From Verrucomicrobiales bacterium (lineage in GTDB: Bacteria > Verrucomicrobiota > Verrucomicrobiia > Verrucomicrobiales > V1-33): DNA of 64,000 bases. The translations under genes were made by a program, and so were the position numbers. Where the stretch lies: contig JANOAV010000038.1 of the NCBI GenBank assembly GCA_031411295.1, positions 14,345 through 78,344 of the forward strand. The letters are read 5' to 3'. The notes under the pieces were generated by a model that saw nothing but the letters and a program-made list of their open reading frames with translations, was not told the origin of the DNA and did no database searches. Positions 39,719 through 46,792 of this stretch are shown piece by piece. How positions within the stretch are numbered: position 1 is the stretch's first letter; each line of letters starts with the position of its first letter.

Positions 39719-39730
39719 GGGGGGGGGGGG
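39719..39730. repeat. G12 (C12 on the coding strand) homopolymer, 70-81 nt upstream of the CotH/LTD start codon
   Basis: Direct reading: ...ggaattGGGGGGGGGGGGcgtgac... On the minus strand, TTGTCA lies 2 nt 5' of the tract. Confidence 0.9.
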
Positions 39731-39802
39731 CGTGACAATTCTGTAACAGAACACTCAGGCTGTGAATCCTAAAATGGTAACTGTTTGGTTGGATTTGAAT
39801 TT

Positions 39803-40006
39803 CTACTCGTCGTCCTTGCGATGCCCTTTCCTCTCTGGGGATTTCTTTTCCCCAAGTTGGAGCGTTACACCTGTTTCCGGCAATGTGACCGTTGCTGTTT
39901 GTGAGTTGTGATTGGCAAAGAGGGCTGCAATCCACCATCCCGCCATGATTGCGATAACGGCCCCCCCACAACCAATGAGCGGATGCGATCTGATCATCTT
40001 GCTCAC
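39803..40006 (-). CDS. Hypothetical small single-pass membrane protein (67 aa)
   Basis: 'LIGCGGAVIAIMAGWWIAALF' TM helix followed by a basic tail. Same strand, directly downstream of the cytochrome-b-like gene. Weak support. Confidence 0.3.
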   Translation of the reverse strand: MSKMIRSHPLIGCGGAVIAIMAGWWIAALFANHNSQTATVTLPETGVTLQLGEKKSPERKGHRKDDE

Positions 40007-40053
40007 CTGACTTCCTGCCCGTGATCATTGCCAGGGAGACGTTCTCCCGATGC

Positions 40054-40521
40054 CTATACGTGTGCCAAGCCAAGCCAGCCAAATGGGAGCGCAATCAGAA
40101 CGACCAGTCCCCAAGCGAAGATTTCATGCAGTTCCCTGACGATTTCTCCGCCGAACCCAATGCCTGAAATGAACAGCGCAGGCACCAGCAGAAACATCAG
40201 CACAGCAGCCATGGCTGAGCCAGGATTATTCCCCGCGTAGAGTTTTGTCTTGGAGAAAACTGCACTCAGTAAATACTCCCGCACCTCGCGCGGTCGCACG
40301 GGAAAATTGGCGAAACGTGAGTATCGCGACCCTACGAATCCCATGACAACCTTAGCCACCAGCAGGGACAATGCGACAATCCCGCAGAGCATGTGCAGTT
40401 GAAATAACGGGTGATCGTCATCCAGCAAATATCCGATCCCCAGAGCCAGGGAGAGAGAAATGGCAAACGCCCAGTGGAACAGGCGGGAAGGAATATCCTA
40501 AACGAGAATTGGGCGCTTCAT
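40054..40521 (-). pseudogene. Cytochrome b561-family (Ni/Fe-hydrogenase b-type cytochrome-like) membrane protein interrupted by an in-frame TAG at codon 8
   Basis: Minus strand from ATG 40521 reads MKRPILV*DIPSRLFHWAFAISLSLALGIGYLLDDDHPLFQLHMLCG... The 'vWD.P.RLFHW' N-terminus is characteristic, and the stop (40498-40500) sits where Trp (TGG) is expected. Confidence 0.6.
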
Positions 40522-40769
40522 ATTCGTCGGAGGGTAACCAACTGTGCGGAATGTCATAAGCTACGAACGTGGCTATGGTAAATTAGGAGCACGGCTAAGA
40601 TTTTCCCATCACGCTACCGTAACAGTTTGGCAGGAATACCGATCATTCCGACCTACCGCAAACCAGAAGTGCCTCTAACCTGCCCAGAGTCTCCGTTGTG
40701 ACGGCAAATGGAACAACAACTCAGGCCCACTCTACGCAAAGCAACTCCGCCTTCGGGCGACGGTCAGGA

Positions 40770-40870
40770 GTTGGCTGCGGGGCGCTGCCGACTGGGGACA
40801 GTCGGCACACGTTCCTAGGAATGTGTCCTGACTGTCCTCAGCCAGGAACGATGGCGGAGCGGATCATGCT
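40770..40870. repeat. Repeat X, copy 1 (three adjacent hairpins)
   Basis: Nearly identical to 44906-45006. Hairpins TGCCGACTG-ggga-CAGTCGGCA (40786-40807), CACGTTCCTAGGAATGTG (40808-40825) and TCCTGACTG-tcct-CAGCCAGGA (40826-40847). Confidence 0.75.
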
Positions 40871-40878
40871 TTTTCCAC

Positions 40879-41031
40879 TTTAGTCTGCCAGCCATCGCGC
40901 AATCAAAGCGGACGACCTTTTCTGTCAGTCAGCTTCGTTTGCCGAATCTGCCTCTTGAGCGTTCTGGGGTGGAGTGGTGTTAGCGGACTAACAGTCTGGG
41001 ACTACTCGGCATGAATTTTCGTAAATCGTAT
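40879..41031. repeat. Repeat Y, copy 1
   Basis: 'tttagtctgccagccatcgcg ... ttcgtttgccgaatctgcctcttgagcgttctggggtggagtggtgttagcggactaacagtctgggactactcggcatgaattttcgtaaatcgta' matches 44715-44880 with a few substitutions. Confidence 0.75.
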
Positions 41032-41066
41032 TTCGTCAGTCGTTAATCGTAAATCCTTCGGGATCG

Positions 41067-41621
41067 TTACGGTGTGGTCACCCTAAGTTGCAGGAAACGT
41101 CGTTGGATGCCGATGTTAGTCAGGTCTCCTGAGTCGGTGAAATTTACCACGCCTGCGGTTTCGGTGAGGGTGGTGCCGGGCGCGTTGATCCAGCCGGTGG
41201 CATCGGTCCAAGTGGCTAACGTGGTCCAGTTGACGGGCTGTAAATCGGTGGAGGTGAGGATTGTCAGGGTAACATCGGTGGCTGCTGGGTTGCGGGGGAA
41301 TTGCAGCGTCATGAAGTTTCCGCCGTGTCCGCCCACCGGGTGGGTGGTGGGGTTCGGGAGGGTAGGGTTGGTGCCCAAGGCGTATTCGTAGAGGTTGGTC
41401 CGGCCATCGTTGTCTGGGTCCGCCAAGTTTGCTGCGTTACCCGTGTTAGTGGCGGTGGGTCCAAAGAAGCTTTGCCGCCAGGTTTCGATGGGCACAGGGG
41501 GCGTGCCGGTGATGAACACGAGGGTATTGCCGGTGATTTTGAATACACCGGTTACGCCTGCGGCTAAATTGGTGGCCGTGAAGTCCGCAGTGGTGCAATC
41601 CGTGCTGCCAAAGCTGATCAA
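41067..41621 (-). CDS. C-terminal part of the PATR protein, carrying the DxDxDG...RRFLQLRV module
   Basis: The frame is open further upstream (...KYRQPHTFDFTGTGANGFTYPLISFGSTDCTTADF...) to about 41695. It overlaps the end of ORF 41618..44392 in another frame and has no signal peptide of its own. Confidence 0.65.
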   Translation of the reverse strand: MISFGSTDCTTADFTATNLAAGVTGVFKITGNTLVFITGTPPVPIETWRQSFFGPTATNTGNAANLADPDNDGRTNLYEYALGTNPTLPNPTTHPVGGHGGNFMTLQFPRNPAATDVTLTILTSTDLQPVNWTTLATWTDATGWINAPGTTLTETAGVVNFTDSGDLTNIGIQRRFLQLRVTTP

Positions 41622-44392
41622 CGGATAGGTGAATCCATTGGCTCCGGTGCCCGTGAAATCAAAGGTGTGCGGCTGCCGATACTTCCTTTCCGCAATGGAC
41701 CTGCGCCCAAGACTACCTTATCGGCACTGGCCGAGGCTGCGCTTAAATTATAGACCATGGTGCCGCCGCCGTGCCACGTGCAACCCGCTGCGCTCAGTGT
41801 GCCGATTCCGCCCTTGCCGGGTGAAACTTTGCCGCCGTTTTCCAAGATGATGTGGCTGGTGGCTCCTGCTCCGGCCAGGGTGGCTCCAGTTAGGACTTCC
41901 GTGGCGATGCCAGTGATGGAGCCAGTAACCAGGAGAGTTCCATTCTGCACCCAGGTGCCGCCCTGGTAGGTGTTGGTGCCGGTGAGTTCCAGAGTGCCAT
42001 CCCCGGACTTCAGGAGATCATTGTAAATCGTGCCGCTGAGCAAGCCTGACATGATGGCGGAGTCTGTGGTAACGGCGGGATTATCAATCACGCGGATTTC
42101 GCGATAGCTAAATTTCACCGTGGCTTCGGTCGAGTTCAGTTGGAAATCATCTATCAGTGTCACGACGCGATCCGCCCGCGTGCTGCCAAGGATCAAGGCG
42201 GCATTGGATTGCACGAAGCCAGGATCTTCCCATGGGATCAAGGTGGCTCCGGGGGATTGCAGATCCACCGTGACATCGGCCCCGATGGCTGCGAATCCGC
42301 CGCTGCCACGGTCCTCGGAAATGGCTGCGGGTGGCACGGCAGTGTCGAACTCAGACCAGTTGATGGCACCAGCCACGAAGCCCAAGGGCCGGGAAAAGGT
42401 GCCGCCACCGGTCAACTCTAACACGCCACCGCGAAACTTTATTTCGCCCCCGGGCAATGAACTGCCTGCCTGGGCGCGCACGGCTCCGCCTTGGATAATC
42501 AAGGGCTGGGTCAGCGCGCTGTTGGCTCCGGTGAGCGCCAGCACGCCGTCACCTGCTTTCACAAGCACCTGATTCGGCATGGCGGCACTAACGGTAAGTT
42601 TCGCCTGGGCCACATGATAGTAGTGTGTCCCGGTCCCACCCAGCAGACCGGGGCCCGCAATGGTGAAATCATTGTTGCCCGCTAGAATCATGGCGGGAAC
42701 GATCAAGGTGCGGCCACTATTCAGAGTTAGCGTGGAGCCCGCTGCCGTGGGGGCAAGCTTGAGAGAGTTCAGCGTGATATTTGCCGCCATGGCCGTGGTG
42801 GCGGTGAGCAGCGCATTGGCTGTGGGTGCAGTAGCCGCGGGGAATGCGGTGGTGGTGGCTGCCGTCACTCCATTGGTGACATTGTAACCGGCAAAGTCGG
42901 TGCCGTTGACCGTAGCAAAGCCCACGGGTCCTGTGCCCAGGCTGTTTGTGATCAGCGTATTGAGCAACACCGGGGCGGTGGTAAACATGACGCGGGGAGT
43001 ATTCCCTGGGGAGCCCAACGCCAGGGCGGCACCAGCTGCATTGCTGGCGCTAAAGTCAATCGTAGCCGTCTGGGCCACGGTGGTAACATCACGACTTATG
43101 GAGCCACACGTCAGCACGGTGGGCGCGCTGGTGGATGCATGCGCCAGGGCAACTCTAACCTGGCCGCTGCGACCTTTGCTGGCGGAACCTAACTGCACCC
43201 GACCGATCGTTTCCGTGGTGCCAGCGGCATTCCCGACCAAGCGGAAGGTCCCGCCGCCGTTCGTGTCCAGGCCAGTGGAGGTGCCGGAAGCATCCCGCAG
43301 GCGATTCGTGTTATTCACAGCAGTGTTGTCCAGTTTCAGGGTGCCGCCATCCAGCGTAATGGCCCCCTGCGTTTGACTACCCAACGAGGCCGCTCCGCTC
43401 AACGTTAGTTTACCACCCACTACCACATCCTTGTTCAGGTCCAGCGTGCCGCTCAGGATTTGCTCCCCCGGTCCGCGCACCACCAGGGCACCACCCGTGC
43501 CGCCCGTGCCCGTGGGCGGTCCCAGCCTGATCCCGCCAGCATAGGTGCCACTGCTAATGGCTTGGATGACGATGTTTTCCGTGGAGGTATTTGTGCCAGT
43601 GACTTGTGACTGCACCAGGCCAGCGTTTCCGGTTAGGGTTCCGACACGCAATTCCGAAGAACAGGTGAGTAGCGCAGTGGGATCAGTTAGGGTGACAGGA
43701 TTGAGCCGCAGGGCCGTGATGCCTGAGAAGGCGTTGTTGTTAAATCTCACCGTGCCACCATTGATCGTCAGTCGCCCCATCCACGTATTGTCCGAGGGCA
43801 CACCCGTGGCTGGCAGAACGGGCACTGGCGTTCCGAAACGAAACGTGCTGGCCCCATTTTTCGTGATGTCATACAGTCCACTGATGCCCAGGTTCATTGT
43901 CACCGGCCCCAACCCATCGCCCTGCAAGGTCAGCGGAGCCTTGAGGTCGAAAGGGACGTCCATCGTGATGGCACCCGCATTGAGTTGACGCAGACTGGGC
44001 GCAATTCCACCAAACGCGAGTTGGGACCCGGGAGCACTGCTCACGATCATCGGAGGATCCGTCGCCAGCCCAGCCACGTCGGTTAAATTAAACTGCAGGG
44101 CGTTCAGCTTAAAGCTGCCCGCCACGTCGCTTGTAGAGGTATAGTTAGGGGCAGTCCCTGCGGTGATCCCCACATCTCCCGAGAATTGCAGCAAGTCCGT
44201 GAAATCATTGCCCAGTGGAGCAGTGCCACCCCACGCGCTGGGATCACTCCAAGCAGCGGTGGTGTTATTCCAAGTAAACGTCCCGCCGTGGGAAATGTTG
44301 GGCAGGAAGCCATGCAGCGCAAAGCAAGCAGTGGCGAGTGGTAGGAAACTGACGCGATGTGAGGGAGGGAATGAAGCGGGCACGGGAAGCAA
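41618..44392 (-). CDS. Autotransporter-associated beta-strand repeat (PATR) protein, N-terminal ~920 aa (frame broken near the 3' end)
   Basis: TTG start and a hydrophobic leader. Many 'G.GTL.L.G.NTY.GGT.V..GTL' units, for example 'GDGTLELTGTNTYQGGTWVQNGTLLVTGS'. The last ~20 aa (RKGSIGSRTPLISRAPEPMDSPIR) look out of frame. Confidence 0.75.
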   Translation of the reverse strand: MLPVPASFPPSHRVSFLPLATACFALHGFLPNISHGGTFTWNNTTAAWSDPSAWGGTAPLGNDFTDLLQFSGDVGITAGTAPNYTSTSDVAGSFKLNALQFNLTDVAGLATDPPMIVSSAPGSQLAFGGIAPSLRQLNAGAITMDVPFDLKAPLTLQGDGLGPVTMNLGISGLYDITKNGASTFRFGTPVPVLPATGVPSDNTWMGRLTINGGTVRFNNNAFSGITALRLNPVTLTDPTALLTCSSELRVGTLTGNAGLVQSQVTGTNTSTENIVIQAISSGTYAGGIRLGPPTGTGGTGGALVVRGPGEQILSGTLDLNKDVVVGGKLTLSGAASLGSQTQGAITLDGGTLKLDNTAVNNTNRLRDASGTSTGLDTNGGGTFRLVGNAAGTTETIGRVQLGSASKGRSGQVRVALAHASTSAPTVLTCGSISRDVTTVAQTATIDFSASNAAGAALALGSPGNTPRVMFTTAPVLLNTLITNSLGTGPVGFATVNGTDFAGYNVTNGVTAATTTAFPAATAPTANALLTATTAMAANITLNSLKLAPTAAGSTLTLNSGRTLIVPAMILAGNNDFTIAGPGLLGGTGTHYYHVAQAKLTVSAAMPNQVLVKAGDGVLALTGANSALTQPLIIQGGAVRAQAGSSLPGGEIKFRGGVLELTGGGTFSRPLGFVAGAINWSEFDTAVPPAAISEDRGSGGFAAIGADVTVDLQSPGATLIPWEDPGFVQSNAALILGSTRADRVVTLIDDFQLNSTEATVKFSYREIRVIDNPAVTTDSAIMSGLLSGTIYNDLLKSGDGTLELTGTNTYQGGTWVQNGTLLVTGSITGIATEVLTGATLAGAGATSHIILENGGKVSPGKGGIGTLSAAGCTWHGGGTMVYNLSAASASADKVVLGAGPLRKGSIGSRTPLISRAPEPMDSPIR

Positions 44393-44714
44393 TGGTTACA
44401 ACTTTGTTTCCACCTCTTTGTCATAATTTGCCATTTATGTCACGTTGCAACGCTCTAATGTAACTGAACTGTTACTAAAATGGCTCCGGCCTAGATTATT
44501 CGTCTGACAAATGTAAATGATCGGCCCAATGGGTGAAGTTTCCGCGCAGTAACTCATTGACGCCATCAACACCACTTCCGCCAGCAGCAACGGTGTGCCG
44601 CTGCTGCTCCCAGCGCAGCCGAATCCCACGATCCTGGATGTGGCGGCCAAGCTGGATGAGTTGATTCAGGCGCTGCGGAGGTAGCGACGGGCTGAGGGCG
44701 GAGGACAGCGCTGT

Positions 44715-44880
44715 GTAGTCCCGGACTTTAGTCCGCCAGCCATCGCGTCCTCCATGTGGACCAGATTCTTTGTCTGGCGGTTTCGTTTGCCGAATCTGCC
44801 TCTTGAGCGTTCTGGGGTGGATTGGTGTTAGCGGACTAACAGTCCGGGACTACTCGGCATGAGTTTTCGTAAATCGTATC
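44715..44880. repeat. Repeat Y, copy 2 (with ~22-bp terminal inverted repeats)
   Basis: Left end GTAGTCCCGGACTTTAGTCCGC; right end GCGGACTAACAGTCCGGGACTAC, its reverse complement with one bulge. The interior matches 40879-41031. Confidence 0.75.
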
Positions 44881-44905
44881 CTTCGGGGCTTTCGTCCCTC
44901 GGCGG

Positions 44906-45006
44906 GTTGGCTGCGGGGTGCTGCCGACTGAGGACAGTCGGCACACGTTCCTAAGAATGTGTCCTGGCTGTCCTCAGCTGGGAACGATGGCCAGTGGGAT
45001 CATGCT
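44906..45006. repeat. Repeat X, copy 2
   Basis: Matches 40770-40870 in the same orientation, and the three hairpins are retained (44922-44983). Confidence 0.75.
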
Positions 45007-45029
45007 TGTTCAACATGAAAAGAACATCC

Positions 45030-45116
45030 GCTGGAGTCCCGTCTTTAGACGGTGGATCATGATGGGCTCATACTGCGGGCTGGGCGGGGGGCTCCGGTTG
45101 AAGCCGGGACTCCAAC
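45030..45116. repeat. 'GGAGTCCCG...CGGGACTCC' inverted-repeat element, copy Z2
   Basis: GCTGGAGTCCCG plus mini-hairpin CCGTC-ttta-GACGG ... GGTTGAAGCCGGGACTCCAAC. Confidence 0.6.
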
Positions 45117-45252
45117 GAATGTTGCGGGCTTGAAATTTCGTAAACCGATCTGCCGCCAGAGCGAAAAGCTTGCAGCATTCTCGCTCTACAAATGCGCGAA
45201 CGCCCATTCTACCAGGCATGGCGCGGGTCTCGTTACCTGCTCGCCCTCTACG

Positions 45253-46644
45253 TTAGTAATTTCCCAAGCGCTTCACGACTTGTAGTGGCAACTGGGCGGA
45301 GACGGTTTGGTAGTAGGCTTGGGCGGCTGGGGCGTCGAACTCTTTCCAGCGGCGGAGCAAGGCGGTTAGACTGTCGGTGAGGGCGTTGGGGTCGGTTATT
45401 TTGGAGGCGATATCGAGGGCCTTGAGGGGTTCGTTCTCGACGATCATTTCACTGGCATCGGTGCGGATGCGGTCGGCATCCGGGCCGGCGGGTTGTTGCT
45501 CGACCCATTTAGTTAAATTGGTGGGGGAAACGGCGGCCCAGGTGCGGACGACGTTGTCCAGGGCATCGCTGGATTCCTTGGTGGTGGGCAAGCCAACAAC
45601 CCATGTTAGTGCTTTCTCGGGTTCCAAGCCTGCCCAAGTCTCGGCAATGGCAGGGATGGCGCTGGCGCGTGTTTCCCCTGCGGGAAATTTGGCCGCCCAG
45701 GCAGCGGTAACTTCGGGCGCGCTGGTGGCCCACATAGATAGCAGTGTGGCAGCCGCTTCGGGTTGATGCTTAGGATCAAGAGACTTCACCCAGGTGGAGG
45801 CCGCAGTGGGATCCTGGGCCCCCCAAGATTGGATCAAGGCATCTACAATCTCTGGCGCATCTGTGGTGTTGAGCTTCGTCTTCACCCAGGCGGCGGCCTC
45901 GGTGCGCGCTTGTTCGGTCCATTCCGTGGCGAGGCGTGAGAGGGCGGAGTTGCGGCGGTTTTTATCCGGGAAGGCTTCCGCCCAGTGTGCCGCAGCAGCG
46001 GGATCAATGGCGGCCCAGGAGCTGAGCACTTTGCTGAGAGCGGCATCGGACAAGGTGCCGCCGGGGAGCGAGGCAACCCATGCAGAAGCGGCTTGGGGAT
46101 CGCGTGCGGCCCAGAGTTCGGCAATGAAGGCATTGGATTCGGCGGCTACCGGGCCGTGAAGATTGGTAGCGACAAATTTGCTAGCAGCAGCAGGATCCTT
46201 TTCCGCCCAGCCGGCACAGGCGGCGGCAATGGTAGTCTTCTGCTGATCTCCCACGGGCAGGGTTTGGGCTTGAGCCAGGGCGGCAGCGGGATCCTGCTGG
46301 GCCCAGGCCTTCATCAAGGCGCGGAGAAATTCGGTGCGGTCTGCGTAGTTAGTAATGCCCATGCCAACTTCCCATGCGTGCCGGGGATCCTTGGCTGCGA
46401 GTTGGCGCGCAAGATCACCCAGCGCACGGGAGCGATCTTCAAAGGAAACGGTCTCCAAAGCAGTCTTTAAATTTGGCTCCCCTGCGGAGACAACGGCAGG
46501 CTGCGGGGCAGGCGAGGTGCTTGCTGCTGGAGGAGTCTGCTTGGTGGAAGAAACAACAGTTGCCGCTGGCCAATAGCGCATGGCGAGCGCGCCTGCGGTG
46601 GTTCCGAAGACAAGGACGAGCAAATGGGTGGCGGCAGATTTCAT
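45253..46644 (-). CDS. Membrane-anchored alpha-helical repeat protein (9 or more 'WxxxDPxAAxxW' HEAT-like units)
   Basis: N-terminal TM helix, then ~36-aa units: 'AWAQQDPAAALAQAQTLP', 'GWAEKDPAAASKFV', 'LWAARDPQAASAWVASLP', 'SWAAIDPAAAAHWAEAFP', 'SWGAQDPTAASTWVKSL' and more. Paralog of 56630..58086. Confidence 0.65.
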   Translation of the reverse strand: MKSAATHLLVLVFGTTAGALAMRYWPAATVVSSTKQTPPAASTSPAPQPAVVSAGEPNLKTALETVSFEDRSRALGDLARQLAAKDPRHAWEVGMGITNYADRTEFLRALMKAWAQQDPAAALAQAQTLPVGDQQKTTIAAACAGWAEKDPAAASKFVATNLHGPVAAESNAFIAELWAARDPQAASAWVASLPGGTLSDAALSKVLSSWAAIDPAAAAHWAEAFPDKNRRNSALSRLATEWTEQARTEAAAWVKTKLNTTDAPEIVDALIQSWGAQDPTAASTWVKSLDPKHQPEAAATLLSMWATSAPEVTAAWAAKFPAGETRASAIPAIAETWAGLEPEKALTWVVGLPTTKESSDALDNVVRTWAAVSPTNLTKWVEQQPAGPDADRIRTDASEMIVENEPLKALDIASKITDPNALTDSLTALLRRWKEFDAPAAQAYYQTVSAQLPLQVVKRLGNY

Positions 46645-46792
46645 GGCAAAGTAGGGGAAATGAGAAGGATACGGCTTGGGGAGGGATCAATGAGGAGGAA
46701 CCCTTGCGAATTGCTGGGCACCGCCTGGTCGAGGCGGTGCCCAGCTGGAGTGCTAGCTCCGAGGCGCAAATCAGGTCTGCGACCAGATTAAC

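Noticed and set aside
40698-40883. 61-aa ORF (and the 71-aa ORF at 44918-45133) with similar peptide sequences '..DSRHTFL.MCP.CPQ.GTMA..IML'
   Set aside because: Both lie entirely inside repeat X. The similarity reflects the nucleotide repeat and hairpins rather than a conserved protein, and there are no start-context or domain features.
44529-44684. Short plus-strand ORF MGEVSAQ*LIDAINTTSASSNGVPLLLPAQPNPTILDVAAKLDELIQALRR with an in-frame TAA
   Set aside because: It is only ~50 codons, is interrupted at codon 8, and has no recognisable domain. The C-terminal helix is reminiscent of fibre-protein tails, but this is too weak to call; it may be a gene remnant or chance.
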